Assembly (NCBI RefSeq): GCF_024521635.1
Contig: NW_026250432.1
Location: forward strand, 248,001-312,000
DNA length: 64,000 bases
Reading direction: 5' to 3'
DNA from: Tricharina praecox
Lineage: Eukaryota
Shown: in pieces, positions 1 to 13,027 of the stretch
Numbering within the stretch: the first letter of the stretch is position 1
Layout: the number at the start of each line of letters is the position of its first letter
Program-made: the position numbers and the translations under genes
Notes under the pieces: model-generated
Seen by the model: the letters and a program-made list of their open reading frames with translations, nothing else
The model's database searches: none
Told to the model about the DNA's origin: nothing

Positions 1-892
1 CGCAAGCGCTGGGGATGACGGTAGAGATGGTTGAGAAGCGGGGGCCGGTATTTCCCGAGCCTTTGCGGCACCCGAGTGATTGCGAGAAGCTCCGGAAGGA
101 GGTGGATGTGACGAAGGAGCTGGGCTACGTCTTTGAGGCGATTAAGGAGACCAGACGGAAGCTCGACGGAAGGGTCCCGCTGTTCGGCTTCGTCGGCGCC
201 CCCTGGACCCTCATGGCTTACATGATCGAGGGGGGTGGCAGCAAGATGTTCACAGAGATCAAGCGCTGGATCTTTGCCTGGCCCGAGGAGTCCAAGGCGC
301 TGCTGCAGCAGATCACAGATGTCGTGATTGAATTCCTCGCGCGGCAGGTTGAGGCCGGCGCACAGGTACCTCCCGCCCCGCTCACAGCCCCACTCCGCGC
401 TGACACACCACTTAGATCGTACAAGTCTTCGACTCCTGGGCAGGCGAGCTGGCACCGCACGACTTCGCGGTCTTCTCGCTGCCCTACCTGCGGCAGATAT
501 CGTCGCGGCTGCCCGCGCGGCTCGCCGAGCTCGGCCTCGACCGCGTGCCCATGACCGTCTTTGCCAAGGGCGCGTGGTACGCGCTCGATGACCTGTGCGA
601 CTCCGGCTACGACTGTGTTGGCCTCGACTGGACGCATGATCCTGCCGAGGCGTGCAGAATCGCCCGCGGCAGAGTCACCCTCCAAGGGAATCTCGATCCG
701 AATACTCTGTATGGTGGACGCGAGGCGATTACGAAGGGCGTGGAGAGGATGGTTGGAGGGTTTAAGGAAGCCAAGGGAAGGTATATTGTTAACCTCGGAC
801 ATGGAATCACCCCTGGGGTCAACCCGGACGATCTTAAGTGGTTCTTTGAGGAGGTCGTTAGAGTCGGCACTGAGGTTTATAAGGAGTTTTAA
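1..892 (+). CDS. HEM12: Uroporphyrinogen decarboxylase, 5'-truncated by the window edge; intron 366-415
   Basis: URO-D motifs [40 protein letters not shown] and YIVNLGHGI. Intron GTACC...GCTGAC...TTAG joins AGAQ to IVQVFDSW in frame. Confidence 0.95.
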
Positions 893-1244
893 ACCACCAG
901 GGCTGCGCTGTGTGGAAGTGATGGGAGATGTCATGTACTCTAGATGACGAATCGATGAACGTGGTTGACAGGAAACGTTTGATTGCTGATGCTGAATCGG
1001 ATAGGTATACTGATGCTTCGGATTCGGTATTCAAGGCAATGGTGTGCAATCATCCATCTAGAGGCTGGGTTACAACTTGCAAGTTCTAGAATTCCCCAAA
1101 TACTCTATGATCACTCGCTGCCCGACCTTGATCGGGTATTGGAAAGTATGACCGAATATTGTATTGAGAAAGTCTGCAGGCCTCGATAGAAGACGGGAAA
1201 GAGGGGTGGTATGTAGCATAGGCGAGCCGTCATGACTGAGTAAC

Positions 1245-1567
1245 CGACTACGCAACAAACGACTACGCAATGAACGACTATGGAACGGACGACTACATAA
1301 GGAATAGACGACTACATAAGGAACGAACGACTATGGAGAGAACGACTATGGAGTGACCGCCTATGGAGCGAACGACTAAGGAACGGACGACTATGGAACG
1401 GACGACTAAGGAACGGACGCCTATGGAACGACCGCCTATGGAACGACCGCCTACGGAGCGACCGCCTATGGCGACTACGCAACGAACGACTACGCAACGG
1501 ACGACTAAGGAGCGACTGCATAAGGAACGAACGACTAAGGAACGACCGCCTATGGAGCGAACGACTC
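1245..1567. repeat. Degenerate minisatellite with ~15-bp period (GGAACGAACGACTAT / GGAACGACCGCCTAT variants)
   Basis: Roughly 20 imperfect tandem units visible; they produce the pentapeptide-repeat ORFs (ERTTM/ERTTK/ERPPM) in the track. Confidence 0.9.
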
Positions 1568-2901
1568 GATCTCGGTATTACAACATCGGGTATACCTACT
1601 GGAATAGACTCTCATCTAGTACATAGGTGGGTAGATGTAGGGTGGATTTAATCGAGTGAGAGGGGGGGGTGGGGTGGGGGGGGGGGGAGCTGTCATACTA
1701 CATTCCCTTACTCTAAACAAACCTCCACTATCCCTCCCTGAAGGAAGAGGGGGCTTCCACCACCGCCAGACTTCGGTCGAATGAGATTTTCCGCTGCCCG
1801 ATGCTGCTACTTCCCGTTGACGCCGAGTGACCGCACCGGACCGGACCTGTCAACGCCACATTGTACATCGTACCTGCACTGGTTACATGTGGCATTCGGT
1901 AGGTGGGTTACAGTCTACTGAGTCCACTGAGTCCAGCGTACATGGTCGAGTACGATACATACGGTGCATACTCGAGTACGGTACGGGATTCGGTATGGAT
2001 GTATGGATGTAACCCACCCGGGGAAGGAAGAAATCCTGCAGACTGGGCTGGACTTGTACATAGGTATGGGGTAACGGATTGTGTCGGATCTGGGCTTGTA
2101 GATACCAGGTAGGTACGGTAGGTACGGTGATCCCCGCCTTCACCACCCATCTGCTCCCCCAACTACTGGTATGCTCGTGATTCGGTACTCTAGACCTATT
2201 TGGCTCGATTGCACCACCAGCACTCGGCTGGTTCGTTGTCTTTTTTTTTTGTTTGATCATTGATTGTATACGACCTCTTTAGATTATGGAAATATCCGCC
2301 CATTCACACGGTTGATCCGTTTTCCGCGGGGTGCTGTGGGGTGGTCGTCCAGTGTCGTGTGATATTGTATGATCGACGCACCAAACGATAGCCGACCAAA
2401 CGATAGCCGATCAAACGGCTAACGTTGCTGGAAGCTTCTAGATTCCCGAGCGTCGTGATGGGTATGTGGATAATATGAGCTAGAAGTCGGAAGCTGACTG
2501 ATGTACATACTGGGGAGGATCGAGTGGGTTGGGGTGATCAAGGAGATTGAATGGAGGACGCACAGCCCATCACGATTCATCAGTGGTCAACTAGAAGCTA
2601 CATGCATCTATTCCGTCTACAAACCGTCTACAATAACTCTCCATACAATCAATCAAAAAGCCAAAAAAGATCAAGCACAAAGCACAGTCATCCATTACAA
2701 AGAAATTGCAAGACCACCACACTGTAGAATTCGCACAAAAAGATTAGAGAGCAAACAGATCTTGAAGCATGCACAAAACCCAATTCCAGAGAACAAACAC
2801 ACAAGCAACTTGGGTGGTATAAAACCCCCCACGTTAACCCTCCAACACTCCCCCCGTGTCTGAAAACTGCAAAGGATCGGCGCCTTGGACGACGGCACAG
2901 C

Positions 2902-3525
2902 CTACACCCTCCAATAGCAGCGCTGACAGACCTGCTGAGCGCCCGCCTGCGCACCACAGCCGATACAGCGGTACTCCTGGAGCAGCGGGGCAGCGTACTC
3001 AGCGTGCTGCATATCGGCAGCGACCTTGCGATCGACGGCCTCGACGCGCCACTGTTCCTCCTGCAGAACCTGCCTCCTCAGGCGCACACGCTCGTCCTCC
3101 TGACGCTGGAAGTCAAGAGTCGCCAGAACATCGCGCTGCTTCTCGAGCTCCTGAGCCCATCCGCCCTGGAATCCCACTTGGTTATTGTTATTGCGGAGCC
3201 TCTCAGCGGCCAGGAAGTTCTCGCCGCCGTAGACCTTGCCGAGATCGCGGGCGCGAGCGTCGTCGTTGAACACGCGGGTGATCGCCGCGATGTTGGGGTC
3301 CGCATATTTGTAGGGGACAGGGGCGGCGTACTGGTACGGGGCTGGGGCGGCGTAGGCAGGCGGCGCGGGATCGGCGTACCGGGAGGCCGCCGCGGCGGGG
3401 GGGCCGTACTGGTAGGCGGGCGGCTGCGCGGGTGCGGCGTAACGGTTTCCGGCAGGGGCGGCGTTGTAGTACTGCGCAGCGTAGCCATACGGGTAGTACT
3501 GGTTTCCGTAGTTGTAGTTGGCCAT
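2902..3525 (-). CDS. Hypothetical 207-aa protein: Y/A/P/N/Q-rich N-terminus, coiled-coil-like middle, C-terminal CxxC-x9-CxxC
   Basis: Single ATG-started ORF with GC-rich coding-like codons, preceded by a CAA/CAC-rich leader; ends CIGCGAQAGAQQVCQRCYWRV. Confidence 0.7.
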   Translation of the reverse strand: MANYNYGNQYYPYGYAAQYYNAAPAGNRYAAPAQPPAYQYGPPAAAASRYADPAPPAYAAPAPYQYAAPVPYKYADPNIAAITRVFNDDARARDLGKVYGGENFLAAERLRNNNNQVGFQGGWAQELEKQRDVLATLDFQRQEDERVRLRRQVLQEEQWRVEAVDRKVAADMQHAEYAAPLLQEYRCIGCGAQAGAQQVCQRCYWRV

Positions 3526-5621
3526 GTTGTTGTTTTTTGTTGGGGCGTGGTAGTTATAGTTGCGTCGTTGGTGTCGTAGGGGATGGAGTGTTGTGGTTGT
3601 TGTTTTTGAAGTTGTAGGCGGGGGCGTGGGATGGCGGAGTGATGGGCTGTGTATAAAGGTATTCGGAGGGCTAGGGCTTCGGAAGTCGTTTGAATATCGT
3701 GCGGAGGAATTCTTGGATCTGAGCGGTGAAGAGAAAAGAGAAAGAGGGAAGGAGAAGGAAAATGAGACGCCGCTTTGTCCGTGCTTCGACTATTCAAAGG
3801 ATCACGGTGATTGCCTGCTCAGCCTTGCCACTCGGCTTCATTGAAAGATTTGCTTCCTGAAGGATTTGCTTTCCTTTGAAGGAGAAGACGGAGCAAAACT
3901 GGGGTCTATCTAGAAAATTACGACGTTTGTCTTGCAGCTTTGAAGGCGTAAGGTATCTACACGAGGAATTACTTGCTATGCATCAAACGCAGAACACTGC
4001 TACACGCTTGCGTCTTCATCCGTATCTGGGTTTCCCATAGAGACCTGCAATATTCGTAGGGTCTGAATCAATATTCTTCAGACACAAAGATGCCGATGTT
4101 ATCGTTTATTTTCCGCGCGGAAGTTACTAGCTCCACATCCTTACCGCGCAGAAAAATATCTCGCGTTTCTGGTCCAGCCTGGAAGATTCAGCCAAGGACT
4201 CTCCATCTCCCTGCAAGCCTAGGTCCATCTCGATACCGCAATTCTGGTTTGCTCGGACGTTTCACTGCTCGAGGCTTCGACTGTGATTCTAGGCACTTCT
4301 ACAAACAAAGACGAACATCCTTCAGAAAAGCCACCATGTTGTCTGCCCCTCAGCCTTACTGCGTTTGACCGAGTTCGCGGTATGCAGCCCTCCGTAGAAT
4401 GTTCTGCTCCAAATCCTGCTTCTACTGTAGGTAATAAGACTCGTAAAGGGTTGGCTGACTAAGCGATGGAAAGAGGTGACGAGTTTTTATGCACGCCTGA
4501 CAGCGATGCAGCGCAGCAGGGCCGAGTAAGCGTGGTTGGTCCTTGCGAAAATCGCTCAGGGCTTCACGAGTTCAGGCGACTTATGCACGTTTACTGCTTT
4601 TTCGTCGATTTCTCTGTCAGGCTCAACGGATATAAAGTGCATCCTGTTTTTAGCAGTGACCGTTTCTGTAGGTTACTTGTTCAGCATCGTCGTCATTTTT
4701 AGAAGGCCCATCGCATGACAAACCCTGTCATCGCAAACGCCTGGTCGCTGATGCCCATAGTCCGAGGTCGCGATGGAATAGAAACATCAGAGTCAAAGAG
4801 GAACCGTCTACTCTATTATACGTCTCGAGTCTCGGACCGGCAGGTCGAGAAGGGAGACAGCCCGTATATACCAACCATGATATGTAGCAATGCTTCGCAG
4901 CCGGCAAATTTCCATTCGCCGCACTCCATAGTACCCATACTATTGCCTGCACTACCTAATCAATGCCAGGTAGCTACCCCACTTTTCTGGGCCTATGTGC
5001 TGCCTGCCTACCTGCTTGCATCAAATCATCATCACCAACACCACCCACTACTCCACCTCCGCTTCCACCGGATCTCTTGTCTCCGCTCCCGGTACATCCG
5101 GAGGAAGAACTTGTTTACTCAGCAACGGCAGGCCGGCAGCAGCAGCATACATTCGTCCGAAGAACAGCAGTCGCGAAGAAAAGATTGAGTGTCGCTGGTT
5201 GAGAAGTGCAACCCTCGGACACTCCTACTACTACATACCACTCCTCCTCCGCTGCTACCACAACCAGCTGACTTTCCAGTCAGTCCGCGACTCCGCGCCC
5301 TTCGCCGATCACCACCATCATCTTCCTCTTCTCCGTCAAATTTACCTGCAACACACCTCGGTCCTAGGTATTCGACTATCTAACACTCAACCCACCACTC
5401 GCTCTGATTGCAACAGCGGCCACTAACCGGCCCACAAATCTACCCACCCTCCGGTTGTCGCTACCACCCTTGAGTTTGAAACCACGCGAGACCCCGGTGG
5501 CCTCGAGCTCCCCACAGCCACCATCATCGTTCCCATCCTACCTCCCTACCTACCCGTCCACAAATACCTCCCTCGTCCCAACTATCTTACCGCCCCACCA
5601 ACATCCCACTGTCCCGCAACC

Positions 5622-6830
5622 ATGTCCTCCGAAATCCCGCGGCATTCACGCGCCCTCTACTCCCCTGCCGATCACTCCTCTCCACCGCTCGAGCCACGAT
5701 GGTCGCGTCCCCCGAGGGCAGCTTCGGTTGCGTCGTCACGACGCTCTCGCCGTAGTCGCATCAGCAAACTCAAATCCCGCGCCCGAAAGCTATTCCGATG
5801 GGCCCGGAAACGAGTTCGCTCGATGACGCTCGCCCAGCAGATAATCTTCAGCCTGCTATTCATTACCTCCGCCACTATCGGAATACTCACATTGGTGTTC
5901 CACACGCAGATCTTGGCCGCTATGCTGCCCATCTCGGAAAAGTTGCGTTCCTCGCGTGTGGGCTGGCTCGCCATCTTCGCACTATGCTTCATTTCCGCGT
6001 TTCCCCCAATGATAGGCTACAGCACCTCTGTGACCCTTGCCGGCTTCGTCTACGGCTTCCCCAAAGGCTGGTTCGTCGTCGCCTCCGGCACCCTCCTCGG
6101 AAGCACCACCGCGTTTCTCTGCTGCAGATACATGTTCCGCGACTTTGCGCGCCGCCTCGTCGCTACCGATAAACGCTTTGCCGCACTCAGTCTTACATTG
6201 AAGCACGACGGCGTCAAGCTTCTGTGCATGATCCGTCTGTGTCCGCTCCCCTACTCGATCTCCAATGGCGCCATGTCGACGTTCCCCACCGTCACCCCGT
6301 GGGCGTTCGCCTTCGCCACTGCCATCGCCACGCCGAAGCTACTCCTACACATCTGGATCGGTGCGAGACTGGCAGTGCTCGCAGCCGCAGAGCAGAAGAT
6401 GGATGCGCGTACGAAGGCGGCGAATTACGGCGGTATTGCGGGCGGGCTCGTGCTCGGCGGTATCACGGGATGGGTCATCTACACGCGGACATTGAAGCGG
6501 GCCCGCCAGCTGGAGATTGAGGAGCGGGCGGAGCAGAGGGAGGGGTTGTTGGCGCACGACGATGAAGAGGATGAGGATCTGAGGAACGAGGCGATTCAGG
6601 ATCTGGGGATTCTCGTCGGCGACGAGTCGGACGACGACGAGGAGGACGGTGGCAGTCTCATCGAGGATGATGATGATCTTGAGGTGGGCTTGCTTGGACG
6701 GAAGAGGGGGAGGAGTATTGGACTCAAAGATCAGCCACAGGATGACGTTACCAAGAAGGGAACCACCACCACCACCGCTCCTCCATCGCTACCCCCACCG
6801 CCGCCGGCGCACACCGAGTCACTGGTATAG
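5622..6830 (+). CDS. TVP38: TVP38/TMEM64 (SNARE-associated Golgi protein, DedA/VTT domain) membrane protein
   Basis: Motifs SAFPPMIGYS, GFVYGFPKGW, MIRLCPLPYSISN, PKLLLHIWIG; several hydrophobic segments and an acidic tail. Confidence 0.88.
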   Translation: MSSEIPRHSRALYSPADHSSPPLEPRWSRPPRAASVASSRRSRRSRISKLKSRARKLFRWARKRVRSMTLAQQIIFSLLFITSATIGILTLVFHTQILAAMLPISEKLRSSRVGWLAIFALCFISAFPPMIGYSTSVTLAGFVYGFPKGWFVVASGTLLGSTTAFLCCRYMFRDFARRLVATDKRFAALSLTLKHDGVKLLCMIRLCPLPYSISNGAMSTFPTVTPWAFAFATAIATPKLLLHIWIGARLAVLAAAEQKMDARTKAANYGGIAGGLVLGGITGWVIYTRTLKRARQLEIEERAEQREGLLAHDDEEDEDLRNEAIQDLGILVGDESDDDEEDGGSLIEDDDDLEVGLLGRKRGRSIGLKDQPQDDVTKKGTTTTTAPPSLPPPPPAHTESLV

Positions 6831-7306
6831 ACAAGGGGGGCTTTGGATGGGTCAGTTGTTGAGATCCCCGATTGGAGGCTGTATGTATTACCCCTACATA
6901 CGCGCCGCCGTTACCCTACCAGATAGATCAACTCTCACATTAAGAAAGATGATACATTTTTTATGGTTTTCTTTTGGACCGAACCTAGGCTACACCTTTT
7001 CTTTTTCCTTCGGGGGGTTTGGTTTTCCGGGACTTTTTTTCTTTTTCCTATCGTTATGCTTGAACGGCTGGGCAATGATTCTGCTGGTATTTGTGTATAC
7101 CATCTCCGCTGTAGAGCACTAGGTAGAAGGAGAAATCCGGAATTCATTTGTGGTAGCTCAACTAAGCACACGATATCACCCGCCTCCAATCTCCAAAGAC
7201 AATAAGTAAAAGGTAAAACGAGATGAAAAGAAGAAGAAAACACCGATTAAATCCGTCATCCCTCATATCCTCCCCGCTCCCCGCTCCTCCTCCTTCCGTC
7301 TGGTTC

Positions 7307-8672
7307 TTACCCAGCATGCAGAGCCGTAAACGACGCTTCCACCAGACTCCTACTCCCCTTAGCATCCCCCGTTGCTGTCCAATAAAACACCCCGCCGAGT
7401 CCCTGATCCTTAACATACGCCGCCTTCTGTCTCACGGTCTGTGCATTATCATAGCTCACGAACCCGCCGTCGCCCCCGCAGCAGTACGCAGCGCCCAGGC
7501 CCATATCCACATGCTCGCTCGCGCCGGGCCTCGGCAGGTCCTTATACTCGAAAGTGCCCTCATCATCACCGCCATGCACCGCACATCTCTGTCCCACATC
7601 ACTGCACCCCAGAAAACTGCGGCCATACGCCGGAATACCCAGGATGATCTTGTGCGCGGGGACGCCCATGGCGCGGACATACGTGACGGAGGACGCGCAC
7701 GACGTAGCGGCCGCGTCGTTGTGCGGGCTGCGCGGCGCATACAGCTGCGCGTGGTGACCGCTGGCATCCGTCCATGGCCCGGAGAAGTCATACGTCATCA
7801 AGTTGATAAAATCGAGATACCTTGCCGCGTCCGCCAGCGCGATGTGCTGCAGCGCCCACTCCCCCGCGGGCAGCGCGCTCGTAAGGATATATGGCGCGGG
7901 CAGGTACCGCCGCAGGGCTTCGAGCAGCAGCACGAAGTTGTGGCCCTGCCGCCCGTCCGCCGGGTGCTCCCAGTCTACGTCGATCCCGTCGAGCGAGTAC
8001 GACAGGCACAGCTCGCGAGAGGAGTGCGCGAACATCTCGCGGGCTTGGGGGTTGGCGGCTACCGCCGCGAATGGCTCGCTGCCTTTGCCGCCGCCGCCGA
8101 TCGAGAGGATTAGTTTTAGGTGCGGGAACTGAGATTTGAGCGCCGCGAAGGACCGAAGGCACCCGGGCGACCCGTCCACTTCCATCTGTGAGTCCGCCCA
8201 TTCGTCAGAGAGGTAAACGGTCCCGTCGGTGCGCACCCACGCGAACGCGTAGTAGACGTGCGAGATCAGGTTGAGCGGCAGCGAACTAGGCGTCTCCTGC
8301 TTGTAGATTCGCCAGTTGGGGTAGTAGGCTCCATTCACGCTGGGAGCGATTAGCGCTAAAAAAGAAAAGCGTGCTAGAGACGGCAGAGCGGGATGGATGC
8401 TAGATAGAGACGGGAGAATGGGATCGCTGGGACGGGACTTACTACACGCGCGCCGGCTCGGGACGGGATCCTAACGGCGGCGGAGGCGGCGGCGGCGGGC
8501 TCTGGCCGAGTGGCGGCGGACTGTGCCCGGGACTGCTGCGCCCGATGTGGCGCTTCAGGAAGTTGTAGCGCGGATGGGAGTACCACGGCACCGGCGGAGG
8601 ACTGCCGCTGTTGCTGCTGTGGTCATGGTACAGAGGCGGGGTAGGCCCGGGCCGAGGGCTAGGTCGTGACAT
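7307..8672 (-). CDS. GH18 chitinase; exons 8672-8443 and 8339-7307 (intron 8442-8340)
   Basis: SIGG, intact catalytic DGIDVDWE, NLMTYDF, LGIPAYGRSF, GLGGVFYW. GTAAGT donor, GCTAAT branch and CAG acceptor join the Pro-rich exon to YVNGAYYPNW in frame. Confidence 0.93.
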
Positions 8673-8677
8673 CTCTG

Positions 8678-8708
<31 letters not shown>

Positions 8709-9802
8709 CCCGTGGGGGTGGGGGGGAAAGGAAGTTGTCTCCTTCGGAGCGAAACGTGCGCGTGAGGATTATGATGATGTTGCGGGGCGTGAGTCAGTCG
8801 TGGGTGTGTATGTGTGTGTGTGGGGTGGGGAGGGTGTCGTGTTGGGGCCGATGGGGATGGACTGGGTATGAAAGACCGCAGTCGATTCTCTGATGTTCTA
8901 TGTATGATGTATGATGTATGATTTCTGTTTCGTTCGTTCTTGTGCTTCACAGGCTACGTACAGACAGCCAACTACCCCGCCCGGCGGTAGGCGCAGCAGC
9001 AGCAGCTTGCGGAATTTTGTTTGGACGGGTTTATTATTTTTCCTTTTTGTTTATCGCACACACCCATGTGTCTTGCGTCTTGCTAGATGCAGTATCGCTC
9101 TTGCCTTGTTGGTGGGCTGCATATGCGGGTTTTAGGAATGGGCGGACAGGGCTGCGGGCGGATACGTGACTGGACGGGATGGACGGACGGTGGCGGAACG
9201 GCGGACGAACGCGTGTTGGGCTGCTATTTCGGGTACCTACCATGAGTGCCGTAGCTGGCTGGTGAAACGCAACGGTTGCAGGGAAGAGATCTGCCAGCCG
9301 GCCGAGGCCGGGACGAGTGCGTGCTTATGATGATATTGGAGGACTCGGAGCGAGAGGATGCATGTGGTCGAGTGAGCATGCATGCGGATCTTCGTGCAAG
9401 TCCATCATCTCATTGTGCGTGCGAGTGGTTTCCGTGCCGACGACTCCTTCCCAAAGCGAGCCTATACCTGAATGCGGCACCTACGGTGGAGGAACTGCCG
9501 GAATCTCAATTTCTCAAAGACGGCGGGGCACGGCGGGGAATGGATGGATGGATGTGCATATCGTCCCATCATCCATCCTTCATGTTCCCAACCGCCGGTC
9601 GGTCGCACATCGAGAACGCTCAACGGCGTAATTGCGCATGCGGTTACCCACTAGGAAAGGCAGGCATCGCGGACCATTGCCGGCTCGGGAGTCAGCGGGG
9701 CAGAGGCGTGAGACGGCAGTTCGCTCTGGCTCATATTCCTATTTCTTTTCCCGCCTACTGCCCAGTGGCGAGTATTGAGCAATCCGAAGAGTTCGGAGGC
9801 TC

Positions 9803-9896
9803 GAGTGTCTACCCGTTATACCGAATAAGTCGGAGCTGGAGTATCTACCCGTTATACCGAAGAGGTTGGGACTGGAGTATTTACCCGTTATATACC
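9803..9896. repeat. Three tandem copies, 36-bp period, core GAGTRTYTACCCGTTATA
   Basis: Units start at about 9803, 9839 and 9875. Confidence 0.85.
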
Positions 9897-12800
9897 GGTA
9901 CACATCTCACCGAAGCCCTCTCTCTCACACACTCTCTCGATGGGATTGGATGGATTTTCGACCTACTTCACTATATAGTTGAGTTTCAAGAACGTACCGT
10001 GGAATTGAAAACCAACGGTCTCGCATACCTAATCCCCAATGAGGACTATCTTGTTTTGCCTTGCCTTTTATACCCATTGCCCAGCGCATCCCCCCAGCGC
10101 ACCCACAAGCTCAGTCGTGCGCGCTGTGGTATTCGTCCCGATGGAATGAAGCCAAATTCCAATGAAGATCCTCCCTCCATCTCTCTCACAATTCTAGCAC
10201 TTCTTGGCCCCGAGGAACTAGGGCTAGTGCTCGGGCCGAATTCAGTTGTTGAGAGCTCGAGAATCGATTTGCTGGGAGATGATGGATCAGCGATCTGGTC
10301 CGATCTAGGTATTCCGTCTCTAGAGACGGACGGAACCTTATGTTTGCCATGTGTGTTATGTGTGCTAGGTATGTTTGCTAACTAGGAGGACACGGGGGAC
10401 ACGGGTGAGGCGTCGGTATCTTGTTCTTGCCTATCACTATCATAGTCGGTAAATGTTGGCCCCCACCGTCACAGACGCCGCATTTCGTGAAGATACTGCT
10501 ATTATTTTTCATACCTCATACTGCTAATCGTACAGCCGTACATAACATGCCACGGCGACAGTGTACGGACCGGCATGTAGTTCACCTGGCTTCCAGCTTC
10601 CCGCCGCGATGGATGGATGGGGCCCGCGCAGACCCACACACGGACGTTTTCTCACGGCCATTTTCTCACGGGCCCGAACCACGGAACCATTCCGAACCGG
10701 TGACGTCCTCCGGCTGGTGCTCGTGCTGGTGGCCGCCGGCGCCGGGAAGGAGATGAGGCCCGAGGGGGTCTTTTAGCGCTCTAGCGCTTCTCTAGGTACT
10801 CGATATGTATATGTGTGTAGAAACGTGGTTTGCGCTCGGTGTTTTGCTCTTGGTAACTTGGTAAGGGGTTTGCCGTCTGTTTATACGTACCTAGTGCAAA
10901 CATCCGTTTGAAGTCGATCGGTAGTCATGACCCGGTGCCTACACGGTAGGCACTGCATCCATTAGAATTGGTGGTGGACCGTGGTGGGATGGAAGGAATT
11001 TTGTTCTTTTGGACTTTTCGAGTTATGAGTTATGGAATTATACGAATAAAGTTCTGTACGAGTACCAGGTAGGTATCGGACACCAGCCGACAGCGTTCGA
11101 GCTTCGAGGGTTCATGAAGATCCCAGTTTCACTCCCATGTTCTGGAAACAAATTCCCCCCGGTAGACCGGTAGATCGATACCAAAGCAGGGACTTGGAGT
11201 TTTGGACGCACCGGTACCGGTACTCTATGCACCCAGCATCGCACGACTCCCCTCTTCGTACACAAAATCCATCCGGAGGCTCCTCCGCGCTCGGCGGCGG
11301 CGGCGGCGGACTCGGAAAATTACAGGCTCGCCGCGGCCGCCAATCGCGCGGCTAACAGTGCCCCAGCCACACCCGCCTGCCAGGGGGCCATGTTTCCCCT
11401 GCGGATTGTTAGTTGTGTACCGGTAGTACATGGCAGTACATGGCGAGGGAGGGAGGCGTCGTTTTGCGGACTGAGTACATGCATGCCCAACGATGGTCAA
11501 CTACCATGTACGGTGCGATGCGATGGCAATTGCTGGCGCCACCTCCTCCTCCCGGAGCAGCTTGACAAGATGGAAGAGAGAGAGAGAGGAGGAGGAGGGA
11601 GAGACAGATAGAGGAATCTGTTTCCTTTCTACGTGCGCCGCGCGGAATGGGAGCGTGCGCTGGTCCGCTTGGACGGTCTGTTCACAACCGCGCATAACCA
11701 CTCTCTCCTCCTCGGCGCCGGGCGCTGGGCGTTCGCATCGGAAGTAACTCTACACATGAAGGCTGCCTATCTACTCTACATATCGATTCCCGGCGCTCTC
11801 TTCTGTCGACGATCGCACGCACGCAATTAAGTCCGAAAGTGCTTGTCAAGACCCTTAATTGCGTTGCGAAGCTAACTTAAATTGCTCCCTGCCTCCCTCC
11901 CTGTGACAGACGTAGGAGAGCGCGGAAGCCTGAAGGGCCCTGGCTGGAGAGTGTGTGCCTAGAAATTGCGAAACCTCCCCAATCAGATGTCAGAACGACA
12001 AAGAAATAGGTGGAGAAGGGAGGATGGGCATAGCGACCCCAAGTAGAGTACACAACAAGCGGCGGGAAAGAGCTGAATTCTATTCCGCGTGGCTCAATTG
12101 TATTGCGAAGAGCACATATTCCTCGGCTGCCTACTCGGCGTGTAAATGATGGGACGAAGGCGACGAAGGGCACGAAGTGAGAATTCTAAGCGAACAAAGA
12201 AGCCTAAGGAGAAGGGGGCCGCCGACACCCGCGGAGTCGGGGTGCATACATGCATCCAACGCGCATCGTGAGGTTTCTCGTCTTTCAGCTCTTTTTTTCG
12301 CACTCCTCCCTCTCGCTCTCTCTCTCTTCGCCTCCTCATCCGGCGAACAAGTGGTTTAGTGCCTGCATCTCGCCCCCGACCCCTGGCATTCACCTGGCAA
12401 CCACCTCCACCATCACCACCACCACTACCACCTCCTTGCTTTCAACCCACACCAAAGTCCCCCCTCCCCCACTCCCTCCCCCAGACCAACAACAAGCTCC
12501 CACAAAGTCTAGGTACTCCACAGCCCCATTACGATAGTCACTTCCTACCTCTTCCTCTCCTCAGTCAGCGCGATCCCGATCTCACCTGGAGTCGCTATCT
12601 ATTCTCAGACGAACGGCGCTGGAACGTCATTGGCTTCCCCTACTTCGATGCTCACATCTTGCTGTCAGCTGTCTGCTTTCTCATCCTTCCAACTCGAAAC
12701 CCAACTCCAACTCCAACACGGTCGCTGCCAACACAATAGCTGCCCTTCGCTCCACTCGTCCTCCGTCGTCGCCGCCACTCCTTCACTACCCCTTCATACC

Positions 12801-13027
12801 TCAACAGTAGCATGCGCTTCTATTGACCCAACTAGTCTACCCACCTTTCCGGACACGATAGAGCATCCGTCCAGCTTCTGCCCGTCGTCCCGTTCCTTCG
12901 TTTCCGTTTCCGCCGCCGACTCCCTTACCGCGTTCCCGACGCGCCTACCGTCGATATACACACCACCCCACTCGCTCATTATACACCACTCTTGCAGTTT
13001 GGAGAACCGTGGACATAATCGTTAAAC

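Noticed and set aside
9803..9896. CRISPR-like repeat-spacer pattern
   Set aside because: Only three units, linkers about 13 bp and similar to each other, eukaryotic context, no cas genes.
9276..10385. 369-aa ORF in the divergent intergenic region
   Set aside because: Non-ATG start, no recognisable motif, runs through microsatellite and tandem-repeat DNA.
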